Shown one piece after another: positions 16,782 through 26,081 of a stretch of DNA of 38,601 nucleotides (position 1 is the first letter of the stretch; every line of letters starts with the position of its first letter). The notes under the pieces are model-generated. The model was given only the letters and a program-made list of their open reading frames with translations, was not told the origin of the DNA and did not search any database. The position numbers and the translations under genes are program-made. Origin of the DNA: a virus (taxonomy: Duplodnaviria > Caudoviricetes); IMG/VR virus record IMGVR_UViG_3300029825_000023, positions 1-38,601 of that record. One strand, 5' to 3'.

Positions 16782-17678
16782 TTATGCAGCAGTAGTGAAG
16801 TTTATTAGGGTTAAACCTGCTGCTAGTTTCTGACCATATACATCTGTTACCAGGCCAGAGGCAACTGCAATGTATTCTGTAGATGCAGCCAGGTTGCTAG
16901 TAGGATTGAGCGTAACAACCTTCTTGGCAGCATCAATTGATAATGCTGCTGCAACCTTAGAGCCATCAGAGGCTTTTATCAGGTAGAAATAATCATCAGT
17001 TAATTGGTCATCACGCAGAGCGTTATTGTAGGTAAATGTAATGCTGTCGCCCACAGCTACCGTCTGCGCTCCATCAGTTGGCACAGTGGCCAGGGTCAGA
17101 GCATTCGGCTCAGCAATTGCCACTGGCGCAGCATTAAACCAGTTCGTGATTATGCTTGCAGGTACTGCAGGGTCGTCCTCGTCTACGGCAAATTTGTAAA
17201 GCCCGTCATAATCCCGCCGGAGGCCAACGAATTTCATTACCTGCGTGTTAAAATTAGTTTTTTCTTCTTTAGTTTTATACTTATCATCTGGAATCGTAAA
17301 GTTACCTTTCAGGTACCACACATAACGGTATTTACCGTTAGACTTCAGACTCCGGAACCCGATGGCAACGTCCAGGGGAGTGTCGTCTGACTTTTCTCCT
17401 ACTACACCGGATGTTACTGTCTGGCCAAACAGCAATGCCCGCAGGGACAAGGGAAGGTTCGTGAATTCAATGTCAATTTCCTGTCTGCCAATGCTGGGGG
17501 CATTAACCGCGGGACCGTCGTCGGCGTATTGTGTTTCGATACTTCCATTTGCTTTCACATCAGCGGTAACCAGCCCGCTGATTGCTACGGGAGTATCATA
17601 ACTGCAACCAGCGGTGGTATCCGTGAGTAACGGGGCGTAGTGAAAACTGTCTAGCCCAATTTGAATAGCTTCAGCCAT
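16782..17678 (-). CDS. Major tail tube protein (phi13 family) with C-terminal Ig-like domain
   Basis: IGLDSFHYA, YADDG, YRYVWYLKG.F; C-term P.DGA..V...ITFT...VTLNPTSNL...FTT. Confidence 0.92.
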   Translation of the reverse strand: MAEAIQIGLDSFHYAPLLTDTTAGCSYDTPVAISGLVTADVKANGSIETQYADDGPAVNAPSIGRQEIDIEFTNLPLSLRALLFGQTVTSGVVGEKSDDTPLDVAIGFRSLKSNGKYRYVWYLKGNFTIPDDKYKTKEEKTNFNTQVMKFVGLRRDYDGLYKFAVDEDDPAVPASIITNWFNAAPVAIAEPNALTLATVPTDGAQTVAVGDSITFTYNNALRDDQLTDDYFYLIKASDGSKVAAALSIDAAKKVVTLNPTSNLAASTEYIAVASGLVTDVYGQKLAAGLTLINFTTAA

Positions 17679-17693
17679 TTTGTTTATACCTCC

Positions 17694-17999
17694 TTAAATT
17701 TCATAAAGGACCTGGTATAGGCCCTCACTGTCGATATACGTCTCGGTTTTTTCCCAGTAAATGCTGTTCGCACCGAACACGTCCTCAATTAACTTCTCTG
17801 ATGCTGTATCCTTCTTTTTCGCATACAGCTCAACCTGGTAATTGTTGAATTTCTCAGCTACTTTATTGTCAGCCCCGAAGTTGCTAGAATAGCTGAACAG
17901 GTACACAACATACGGCGGAGTCGGTGGCGACACAAAGTGATGATACGCCACCGGCAGCCCGGTTGTTTTTAGTAGTTGAAACAGTGTTGCTTCATCCAC
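17694..17999 (-). CDS. Tail terminator protein
   Basis: GLPVAYHHF..PPYVVY..NFGADN..QVELY. Confidence 0.85.
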   Translation of the reverse strand: MDEATLFQLLKTTGLPVAYHHFVSPPTPPYVVYLFSYSSNFGADNKVAEKFNNYQVELYAKKKDTASEKLIEDVFGANSIYWEKTETYIDSEGLYQVLYEI

Positions 18000-18375
18000 G
18001 TTTGATCGCCTCCTCTACCTCTTGCACAAAGTCTTTTATGACCTGCTCCTCGGCCGGTCTGATGTGGGGCTTTCCCTCTACCCGGCCGCCACCTACTTTC
18101 GCATGGCCATGTTCTAATAGGTGAGTAAGCCGGTAGTGCGGCGCCTTTACGTGTACAATTCGCTTGTGCGGCTGACCTACTTCTGGCTCGGTTTTCATCG
18201 TCCAACTCTTGGCATACTTGCCGTATCGTTTCGGGGATGTTTGTTTGAGCCGCTTGACCGCCGCCTTACCCACTCGCTCACTGCTGACGTTGACCTTCTT
18301 AACTACATCCTGGGAGTAGTCGGCCAGGCCTTTTGCTATCTCCGCAGCCAGCTGGTCGATGTCGATATTAGTCAT
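17992..18375 (-). CDS. HK97 gp10-family neck protein
   Basis: THLLEHGHAK.GGRV..PHIRPA. Confidence 0.88.
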   Translation of the reverse strand: MTNIDIDQLAAEIAKGLADYSQDVVKKVNVSSERVGKAAVKRLKQTSPKRYGKYAKSWTMKTEPEVGQPHKRIVHVKAPHYRLTHLLEHGHAKVGGGRVEGKPHIRPAEEQVIKDFVQEVEEAIKRG

Positions 18376-18376
18376 A

Positions 18377-18826
18377 CTACCACCCCACAAACGCAGCGAG
18401 CAGGGCCGCTTGGTATGCTGCTCTATCTTCCGCTGTCATGGTTACGTTTTCGTCAGCCAGGATGGTTTCAACAAGGGCTTTAAGGTCTTGTACCAGCTTA
18501 TGGTCTACCAGCTTCGCGCTGCCGGTTTCGTCAGCTATGATCCGCTCACAGGTCAGTCGGGTTTTGTCGCCTCGTTTCTCGGTGCGGATGATGTTGTAGA
18601 CTTTCCCGTCATGCTCCAACTTCGGTTCGTCCTGGTATTCATAGGAATAGATTTCAAACTGCTTCTCAGGCTTCAGTCCCGCTACTGAGGCGTTGTAAAA
18701 CTCGCTTTGATTAACATAGAACTCGTTGGCGTACATTGTGCGCTCGGTAGTCAATGCAACCTGATTGCCAATGCTGTCCTCGGCCACAGTGACGGTGATC
18801 AGTTTGATTATCTGGTTATGTCTCAT
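18377..18826 (-). CDS. Head closure / head-tail adaptor
   Basis: SEFYNA...GLKPE..F...EY....Y.IIRT. Confidence 0.85.
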   Translation of the reverse strand: MRHNQIIKLITVTVAEDSIGNQVALTTERTMYANEFYVNQSEFYNASVAGLKPEKQFEIYSYEYQDEPKLEHDGKVYNIIRTEKRGDKTRLTCERIIADETGSAKLVDHKLVQDLKALVETILADENVTMTAEDRAAYQAALLAAFVGW

Positions 18827-19113
18827 GGACTCACCACCGCCTCAGTGTAGTCAACCGATAAGGCCAGGTGCCTTTTAAGCATCAGATAGGACTCCAAAAA
18901 CCTCTCGGCGTCGGGGTTGTCATAGCCATGATGGGCTTTGCAATAAGTATTTATGGCTCTTTTGATGAGCGCGTCGCTCTCGTCAGCCTTGGTTATCCCC
19001 GCCAGCTCAAGGTCCTTTTTGGCGGCGTCGATGAGATCCCCGACCTCGCCATCAAATGCAGTATTGGCTGCGGCTATCCGCAGAGCCACCTTCACATCAT
19101 CCAGGATAGCCAA
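18823..19113 (-). CDS. Head-tail connector protein
   Basis: LDDVKVALRI...LIDAA..DL..AG...AI.TYCKA. Confidence 0.87.
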   Translation of the reverse strand: MAILDDVKVALRIAAANTAFDGEVGDLIDAAKKDLELAGITKADESDALIKRAINTYCKAHHGYDNPDAERFLESYLMLKRHLALSVDYTEAVVSP

Positions 19114-19126
19114 TTATGCCACCCCC

Positions 19127-19345
19127 TTATTTTTTTGCCTTGGTCGATTTTTTGACAGGCTTGATTACTGCCTCGCGGATTTCCGGTTCCACTATCACGG
19201 CTGTCTGTATCGGCTGTTCATACCGGCCACCGATTAGGCCCATATGCCGCAACTTGGCGGCGCGCCAGTCGTCGAGTTCTACCGGATCACCAGCCTGTTT
19301 AAATCCAGTCACATCCTGGAATGGTTTTAAAACAATGTATTGCAC
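19127..19345 (-). CDS. Small head-associated hypothetical protein
   Basis: YIVLKPFQD...GD.VE...RA..L; AGGAGG RBS. Confidence 0.7.
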   Translation of the reverse strand: MQYIVLKPFQDVTGFKQAGDPVELDDWRAAKLRHMGLIGGRYEQPIQTAVIVEPEIREAVIKPVKKSTKAKK

Positions 19346-19372
19346 TTTCTATCCCTCCTTTAAGGGGAGAAA

Positions 19373-19391
19373 GAGGGGCTTTGCGCCCCTC
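19373..19391 (-). terminator. Terminator-like hairpin
   Basis: GAGGGGC/GCCCCTC stem followed by pyrimidines. Confidence 0.5.
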
Positions 19392-19394
19392 AGA

Positions 19395-20117
19395 TTAAAC
19401 GCTTACGTCAACTTTCGCGGCGGCCACCTGGTTGGTCAGGGGAGAATATCTGTTCTCTCCGCGCACCAGTATAGCACCGGTCAGGGCTGCTGCGGAGTTG
19501 GTGACCCGCAGAGCTACATAATTGAAGCCATCTTTTAGGTACGCAGTGTCACATTCTACATAGCCGATTGCCCGCAGGGTTGCCGGGGTAATGGTTGCGG
19601 CGGCATCGGTAATCGTTATAGTCACCTCACCGGGTTCGGTACTGATAAGAGTTACTGCCGCTTGAGCAGCGGAAGCAGTTACACCGGGTACCCCTGCGGT
19701 CGCATGGTTGATAGCGGCTGCCAGGCTTGCGGCACAACCAGCGTTATCCACACCTACCGCAAATTTACGGTTAGCTAAGTCTGCAGCAGCAGCAGCCTCA
19801 AAGGTCAGACCATTAATGGTGACTTTGTTAGTTGCTACTACGGTATCAACGGTCAGAGTAGCAGCGGCCACTTTGGTGTTGGCCGTAATGGTAGCAGCGT
19901 TATTGGTGACTACTTCGGCATCAGTACCAGCAGCATCTTTAGCCTGCATAACCTGACCAATAGAGGTCGCGGCTGCGGCCATCGCACCAACTCCCCAAAC
20001 AAACAGGGCCTTATTACGCAGACCCATATTGTAATAGGTTCCGGTAGACGCGGCATTAATGGACGCGGGGACGATTGCTATATCAACTTTGTTTATTTCG
20101 CTCAAAAGTTTTGCCAT
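19395..20117 (-). CDS. Ala-rich structural protein, probable capsid decoration
   Basis: Directly after the capsid gene; own GGGAGG RBS. Confidence 0.6.
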   Translation of the reverse strand: MAKLLSEINKVDIAIVPASINAASTGTYYNMGLRNKALFVWGVGAMAAAATSIGQVMQAKDAAGTDAEVVTNNAATITANTKVAAATLTVDTVVATNKVTINGLTFEAAAAADLANRKFAVGVDNAGCAASLAAAINHATAGVPGVTASAAQAAVTLISTEPGEVTITITDAAATITPATLRAIGYVECDTAYLKDGFNYVALRVTNSAAALTGAILVRGENRYSPLTNQVAAAKVDVSV

Positions 20118-20139
20118 TGTATTATTTCCTCCCTTCCTA

Positions 20140-21357
20140 CTAATCCAAGACCACAAACGGGCTAACAGTGGAAACGCCGTCACGGGCTAACAGCGGAGTG
20201 CTCAGCCAGGGCTGACCGTCTACATTCCAGAACGCCTTAATAATAGTTCTGTTCTGGGTAAACAGCGGATGCTCGCTCATGGATATACTGATACCGCTAC
20301 CGTCTTTAATCAGATAGTAGTCTAAATCAACCAGTATCAGGTCGCCCTCCCTCCCAAGTATCGGTGACTGGTCGTTGAGCAGGAAGGGTATGCCTATCAG
20401 GGTACCGGGTGCGCCCTCGCGTGCGTTGGGCTGCCATACCAGGTTCTGCCCAGTGTCAACCATAGTCATCAGCTGGGGCAGGATAGTCTGAGAACCAATC
20501 CAAGCCAGCCTACCACCGAACTTGGCGCGGGCAAACATATTGATTATATCAGTATAGGCAATAGCATTGGCTCCTGCACGAGCTACCTGTATAGCAGCAG
20601 GATGCCCAATAATGCCTAAAGGCTGGCCTGCGCCACCTCCGGACAGGAAGGCATCTTCTTCAGCGGCAATTATCGCCTTGCGAAGTAGGCTAGATACCAA
20701 AGCGCCAGCGGCCGCACTGTTACGGAGCAGTTTGTCAGTAACCACGACATGGGCGGCTACTTCGTTTGGTTCTAAGCGAATCTCGCGGAACGCCGGTTCG
20801 GTTTCGGGTTTCTGTGCGCCTTCTGCTATCCAGGTTACCTGTACGCCAGCATATACGCCGTTAGCTTCACCCTGGTCGAGTGCCGGGATGGTAATGGCAG
20901 CATCGGGCGGGTCGCCAGCCGGGATGACCTGTGCGCGGGGTCTGAATATTGCGGACTGGTCGTCAACCATTTTTATCTGGTTGGAAAACTGTTCTGGTAC
21001 GATGAAGCCGCCATTAGCACCGATTCCCATGTTTAGGAACCGCTTCTGGGTTTTATCACTCATCTCTTTGGCTCTTAAAGACTGGTCCTGCGGGTTATAT
21101 TTTACGGTCTGCAAAAACTCCCCGAAGTCACGGAATTGTTCCTGCTGTTCTGGTTCTTTGGCCGGGTCAGCCTTGCGGGGCTGAATGTTGATGGATTCAA
21201 ACATCTGTTTGCGTTTCTCAATAGCGGCTTTTTCATCCACCAATCCGCGCAGTTCGGTTTCCAGTGCATCCAGGTCGACTTCCTTATCGCCTTCTAACAG
21301 GCTGCGGATCTCTAACATACGGGCTTCTATTTCTGCCATTCTGGTCATGTTTTTCAT
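20140..21357 (-). CDS. Major capsid protein (HK97 fold)
   Basis: GGFIVPEQF, WIAEG..KP, coiled-coil delta domain. Confidence 0.95.
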   Translation of the reverse strand: MKNMTRMAEIEARMLEIRSLLEGDKEVDLDALETELRGLVDEKAAIEKRKQMFESINIQPRKADPAKEPEQQEQFRDFGEFLQTVKYNPQDQSLRAKEMSDKTQKRFLNMGIGANGGFIVPEQFSNQIKMVDDQSAIFRPRAQVIPAGDPPDAAITIPALDQGEANGVYAGVQVTWIAEGAQKPETEPAFREIRLEPNEVAAHVVVTDKLLRNSAAAGALVSSLLRKAIIAAEEDAFLSGGGAGQPLGIIGHPAAIQVARAGANAIAYTDIINMFARAKFGGRLAWIGSQTILPQLMTMVDTGQNLVWQPNAREGAPGTLIGIPFLLNDQSPILGREGDLILVDLDYYLIKDGSGISISMSEHPLFTQNRTIIKAFWNVDGQPWLSTPLLARDGVSTVSPFVVLD

Positions 21358-21363
21358 TCCTCC

Positions 21364-21987
21364 TTAATAAGTCATGGTCTTTAACAACAGTGTTCTTCTG
21401 CGCTCGCGTTGCCTCTCCAGGTCAACTGCCCTCTCCAGGGCCGCCATCCTTTCGCTCTCCAGCTCCAGGACTTTTCGTGCGCTTATTGAAGTCGCATCAT
21501 AGGCCGGCTGGTCTACGGCTGCCACATCAAATACTTTATCAATCTTGCGGACATGCCATGTCCGTGCCTCTTTGTCAAAACTCTCCTCGCGAATGGTAAA
21601 GGCAAAAGACATTTTGTCCACTGCTCCGGCTTTTATCAGGGTATAAAGGTCACGGGCCTGCTGAGTATCGAAGAACTTGGCCCTGACCAAACCATCTTTT
21701 GCGACCTCCAGGCTGCCACCGCGGGTGCGTGCCATAATAAAAAGATTGTCGTTGTGGTTATACCGGAATACCACATCGCGCATATCGGCCTCGTCCAGAG
21801 CTCCCGCCTCGATTACTTCTTTGTACTCGTTGCCCCCGGATTTAAAAAGGACCGTCGGCTGATTGAACACTACCGCGCGGCCCTCGACTATCATTTGGTT
21901 TTCTTCGGTTACTATTGGGGTAAGGTCTGCGAACCTAAGTTCCTTCCCCTCCCGTTTAGGAATTATTATCTGGGTCAATAGGGTCAT
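21364..21987 (-). CDS. HK97-family prohead protease
   Basis: EG.AVVFN, YNH, MSFAF, DVAAVD.PAY. Confidence 0.93.
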   Translation of the reverse strand: MTLLTQIIIPKREGKELRFADLTPIVTEENQMIVEGRAVVFNQPTVLFKSGGNEYKEVIEAGALDEADMRDVVFRYNHNDNLFIMARTRGGSLEVAKDGLVRAKFFDTQQARDLYTLIKAGAVDKMSFAFTIREESFDKEARTWHVRKIDKVFDVAAVDQPAYDATSISARKVLELESERMAALERAVDLERQRERRRTLLLKTMTY

Positions 21988-23170
21988 CCTCCTCTCCTAA
22001 TTGGTACTGGTTGGCTTTGGCTGCGTCGATGTAGTTAAGGCTTACCAACCGCTTGTCGCCATCCTCAACAGGTGCCAAGTTGAATATCTCCCTGGCTTCG
22101 TTTATGGTGAGTAGCCCCATCGGTACCATCTGCTTCACCAAAGCTATCTTCGTCCTGGCTGATGCGTATTGAAGCCGGTTGGCTTCAAATACTATCTCAT
22201 GCCCGCGGCCACGCTCCCCCTGGGTAAATAACTTAGAGGTAAACTCCAGCGACATCTGGACGGCCAGCGGTTCCAGGGTTGACTCGTAAAATGCGTTCCA
22301 CTGATCCTCATTATAGTTACCCATGACGATGTTCTCGTTAACGCCAAAGTATCGGTAAACATTGTCGCGTAACTCCTTCATTTGTTTAGCATCGACCATC
22401 TTTGGTTCTGATGTCAGTTCCGTATAATCGGCCTTACTATCCAGCGCGGCTACGCCACCGTTATTCTGGACCACCAGATATTCCTCGACGAACCGGTCTC
22501 GGTTGGCCTTGATGTCGGCTTCTTTAAGGATGCCCTGATATTTCAAAATACCTCTTAAACTGGCCGACGTTTTAACCGCTTGCCCGAGGCCTTCGTTGGT
22601 CGTGTGGATTGCCTCCAGGGTGTTGTTAAGTGCCTTGTTATTCTCACCAGACAGGTCATTCTTGTAGTAGTGCCGGCGCAGGTGGATTACTTCGTTATAT
22701 GGCAAAATAATGCTATCGTCGTTGAACCAGAACCGGGCGCCAATCTGTCCCAGTTGGTCCTCAATAAATTCTGTCTGCTGGGCAATGACCGGCCATGCTG
22801 CTTTGAGGGTCGTGCCCTCCCATACCGGGTAAGCGAAGGCGTTATTATCCATCAACAGGGCAGTGACCATCTTATAAAGAAAATCGTAGGTACTCATGTT
22901 TGGGTTGGGCCTTATCTGCAGCACTCGCTCAACCTGCCCGCCTACCGGCTGGATGTCTTTACCTGTCCGCTTGATGTGCTTGGGCTTGAGTTTTGCGGCG
23001 TTACGGGCGATGGCATCAACCGCGCCCCGGACAACGTCAGCGCTGTATGGGTCATTCCCCCAGGTTGTGAATACAGCATTGTAGCCGTTAAGCAGCTTTA
23101 ACTGGTTATAAATTGTGTCAGCTCTGGGCTTGCGCCCAAACATCATCTGGAATAAGCTTCTGCGTGCCAA
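21956..23170 (-). CDS. Portal protein (HK97 family)
   Basis: RPNPNM, NNAF, EVIHLR, TINEARE. Confidence 0.95.
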   Translation of the reverse strand: MARRSLFQMMFGRKPRADTIYNQLKLLNGYNAVFTTWGNDPYSADVVRGAVDAIARNAAKLKPKHIKRTGKDIQPVGGQVERVLQIRPNPNMSTYDFLYKMVTALLMDNNAFAYPVWEGTTLKAAWPVIAQQTEFIEDQLGQIGARFWFNDDSIILPYNEVIHLRRHYYKNDLSGENNKALNNTLEAIHTTNEGLGQAVKTSASLRGILKYQGILKEADIKANRDRFVEEYLVVQNNGGVAALDSKADYTELTSEPKMVDAKQMKELRDNVYRYFGVNENIVMGNYNEDQWNAFYESTLEPLAVQMSLEFTSKLFTQGERGRGHEIVFEANRLQYASARTKIALVKQMVPMGLLTINEAREIFNLAPVEDGDKRLVSLNYIDAAKANQYQLGEEDDPIDPDNNS

Positions 23171-24876
23171 TCCATCACCCTCCCTATCAGTCCTTTATAA
23201 TCCTCCATGTTGTTCTGGAGTACGGTATAAGCTATAAGCATCGCCACGGCTGGGTCAATGCGCCGGCGTCGGGTTTTACCCTTGACGGGCCTTATGTTTT
23301 CATTTTTGTCTTCTTCAATCGCCACATTAGTTAGCGCCCACTTAACTACCGGATCATTATTGTAGTTGATATGCTTAGCCTCCAAGTCTGCCCCCATAAG
23401 CTTCATCGGTGCACTTAATGTCCGTGCTCCCATAATGACCGGCAGTAGGTTCTGCTTGTTTTTATACCCCATCCGGTTCTCCATATCCTCGAGCCAGGCT
23501 GGTGAGTTCCAAGAGTCATAACCACACCAATATGGGATAATGCCATATTGGTCGCGCATTTTAATAAACCAGTCTGTTACATACCTGTAATCAACCCGGT
23601 TGCCTGGGCAGGTCGTAATAAAACCCCTTTCAATCCACAAGTCATACGGGATCTTATCCTCCTTGACCCTTTCCTCTACCAGATCCTCTGGCATAAATCC
23701 TTGGCCAACAAAACACAACTCTGAAAATCCAGGTTTTTCTATGAGTATGCCAGCGTATGTAAGGTCGGTAGTAGCTGACAAGTCTACTCCTCCCACTCCG
23801 TAGCTATTACATAGAGTTTCAATATCAAACAAAGCCATGTTGTTGGCCTGTTCAAAAGTTAACCATGCCTCAGATGATGTCTCCCGGACGTTAAATTCTT
23901 TACATACCAAATTTTTTACTAAGGCTGAATTTGCCTGGGCTTTTTTAACTTTAGATGCCAACTGCTCCAGGCTTTTTATGGTACCCAGCCCGGGGTTAGC
24001 TTTTCTCCAGCAGGTAGGATCAGTCCATTCTGACCGATCATCAAGCTCATAAATAAAGGCTATAAAGTGCTCGTCTTTGTAACCGTTCTTATCAAAGTAG
24101 CCATTTATTACTCTTTCGGCTTCTTCATATTTCTGGTCATATAAGCCCTCCCGGATCGTACCAGCTGTTGATGTCATATAAATAAGCGGTTGCTCTCTGG
24201 CAGTGGTGCCGTCAGCTATGATGTCATAAAGAGCCTTACCATATTTCCACTGGTGAATCTCATCCATGAGACCCCCATGGACATTTAGTCCATCAAGAGT
24301 ATCGCTATCGCTTGCCAGAGGCTTGAATACTCCATCATTAAAATCACTGTTCAGTTCGGCAACCAGTGGTTTTACCCTTTTTAACAGAACCGGAGATTTT
24401 CTGACCATCCGTTTTGATTCTTGCCAGATGATTTTAGCCTGGTCCCGCTTGGTTGCCACTGCGTAAACTTCAGGTCCGGGTTCGCTATCCCCCACCAATA
24501 AATAAAGCCCCACAATGGAGGCCAATAATGATTTACCGTTTTTCTTTCCTACTATTAGCAGCGATTCCCTGTATTTACGGTTGCCCTCGATATCAATAAA
24601 ACCGAATACGGTTGCAAGATGTGCTTTTTCCCAGAGCTCTAATCTTACAGGCTGGCCGCCAAACTTACCCTTACTGTGTTTGCAATAATTCTCGCCAAAT
24701 TCGATTACATGGTTAGCCCGCTTTGGACTGTAATAATATTCACTGTTGTTATTAGTTAAATCATGGACAATCTTCTGGTATGTCTTTCTGACTTTCTCGC
24801 TGACTACCTCTTTGCCGCTTTCAATATGCTCCCAGTATTCCAAAATTGGGTTATAGGCTAGCGGGTATTTAATCAT
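23143..24876 (-). CDS. Terminase large subunit
   Basis: GKKNGKS, MDEIH, GVDLS.TTD, RIDPAVA. Confidence 0.96.
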   Translation of the reverse strand: MIKYPLAYNPILEYWEHIESGKEVVSEKVRKTYQKIVHDLTNNNSEYYYSPKRANHVIEFGENYCKHSKGKFGGQPVRLELWEKAHLATVFGFIDIEGNRKYRESLLIVGKKNGKSLLASIVGLYLLVGDSEPGPEVYAVATKRDQAKIIWQESKRMVRKSPVLLKRVKPLVAELNSDFNDGVFKPLASDSDTLDGLNVHGGLMDEIHQWKYGKALYDIIADGTTAREQPLIYMTSTAGTIREGLYDQKYEEAERVINGYFDKNGYKDEHFIAFIYELDDRSEWTDPTCWRKANPGLGTIKSLEQLASKVKKAQANSALVKNLVCKEFNVRETSSEAWLTFEQANNMALFDIETLCNSYGVGGVDLSATTDLTYAGILIEKPGFSELCFVGQGFMPEDLVEERVKEDKIPYDLWIERGFITTCPGNRVDYRYVTDWFIKMRDQYGIIPYWCGYDSWNSPAWLEDMENRMGYKNKQNLLPVIMGARTLSAPMKLMGADLEAKHINYNNDPVVKWALTNVAIEEDKNENIRPVKGKTRRRRIDPAVAMLIAYTVLQNNMEDYKGLIGRVMDWHAEAYSR

Positions 24877-25225
24877 TCTCCCGACCCCCTACAAAACTAT
24901 TAAAGCCATCATCCTCAGGCTTTGACTCATCTTTAGGCAGTAGGTCAGTGAGCTGTTTTATGATTTTCTGGTAGCTGGTATTCATTGTGTTATATAAATC
25001 GGCTACTGGTCGCTTGCGTTCGTAGGGATCCTGGTCCTTACCCTGCTGAAACATTTCCACAAAACCATTCTGATCTAGGTCGGCCTCAAAGTCCTCCAGG
25101 GTGACTCGCATGAAAGCCGCCCTTTGGATCAGGCCCTGGACTGTTTGCTTTTTTTGTCCTTCTAAATTTTTGTAAATTTTCTTAAGTCGGTTCTCCTCTT
25201 TCCGGATTCGCATTGCTTTTTCCAA
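24869..25225 (-). CDS. Terminase small subunit
   Basis: LIQRAAFM...YERKRP...Y; upstream of TerL. Confidence 0.85.
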   Translation of the reverse strand: MEKAMRIRKEENRLKKIYKNLEGQKKQTVQGLIQRAAFMRVTLEDFEADLDQNGFVEMFQQGKDQDPYERKRPVADLYNTMNTSYQKIIKQLTDLLPKDESKPEDDGFNSFVGGREND

Positions 25226-25364
25226 CTGCTTTCACCTCCTCACAAAAGCATCTAAATATGGCCGGTTTTCAAGGGGGAGGGGGTACTGTAAAACTACCTA
25301 TGTATTAAACGGACCTTCCCTTCCCGGTCCCTGGGCTCGATCTAATTTCTTATACAGGGGGGGG
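25226..25364. other. Probable cos packaging region
   Basis: Non-coding gap between HNH and TerS with G/C runs (ggggaggggg, gggggggg), the usual cos location. Confidence 0.55.
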
Positions 25365-25652
25365 CTAAACTTCGACAAGATTCCCCTCACCATCAAAAAC
25401 CAATCCCTCTGCTGTACTGGCGCCTCCGTGCTCCCTGTTATGGCAGTCTTGACAAAGATACTCCAGGTTGTCCCAATTCAACGTCACATTAGGGTCGTTG
25501 ATGTTTACCGGCGTCAGCTTCTCCTTGTGATGGACGATTACCCCTGGTCTTCCGCATCGCTCACATAAGCCAAAGACTGATTGGATGTAGGCAGCCCGGC
25601 ACTTCTGCCAAGCCTTACTTTTGTAAAATGCTTTCGCCCATTCTTGTGCCAC
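25365..25652 (-). CDS. Terminase-associated HNH endonuclease
   Basis: FYKSKAW, CERC, VHH, NLEYLCQDCHNREH. Confidence 0.93.
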   Translation of the reverse strand: MAQEWAKAFYKSKAWQKCRAAYIQSVFGLCERCGRPGVIVHHKEKLTPVNINDPNVTLNWDNLEYLCQDCHNREHGGASTAEGLVFDGEGNLVEV

Positions 25653-25657
25653 ACATG

Positions 25658-25846
25658 CTACTCCTCATAGCTATCCAGGCTAATCATCCTGTAGACGTAT
25701 TCCTGCCGGATAATCGCTGGGATTCTTTCATCAATAACTAGATCACCAATTATAGCAACAAGGCCTTTAAATAAAGGCATATCTCACATGTTTATCTTAA
25801 CCTCAAGCGCTTTGGCTTTAGGAGGTTGATCTGAACGTTTTTCCAA
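25658..25846 (-). pseudogene. 62-codon ORF interrupted by an in-frame TGA (25784-25786)
   Basis: AGGAGGAG RBS + TTG; MEKRSDQPPKAKALEVKINM*DMPLFKGLVAIIGDLVIDERIPAIIRQEY... Confidence 0.5.
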
Positions 25847-25894
25847 TTTCTGCTCCTCCTCTCATATCCGCTACTCGCCCCCACCCCTGCTACA

Positions 25895-25947
25895 ATCATA
25901 CGGATATGCAAATCGGCATGTCAAAAAACACTGCCCTTTACTGCCCT
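25895..25947 (-). promoter_or_regulatory. Putative late promoter TTGACA-18-TATGAT with upstream AGGGCAGT direct repeat
   Basis: -10 at 25895-25900, -35 at 25919-25924, repeats at 25930-25937 and 25940-25947. Confidence 0.6.
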
Positions 25948-26036
25948 ATTTTTATTTAGCCTTACTACATGTTCGCTTCTTTGATTATAAGTTGTTATCA
26001 TTCTATTCACTCCTAACCAACTCGCCTTTATACACA

Positions 26037-26072
26037 AAATAGGCAGAGAGCTTTTACTTTCCCTGCCTATTT
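26037..26072 (-). terminator. Terminator separating early/middle from late genes
   Basis: AAATAGGCAG/CTGCCTATTT inverted repeat. Confidence 0.65.
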
Positions 26073-26081
26073 GCATTAAAT

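Noticed and set aside
20117-20183. Capsid-decoration frameshift fusion implied by the ORF overlap
   Set aside because: The downstream gene has its own GGGAGG RBS and ATG at 20117, and no clear slippery site was seen
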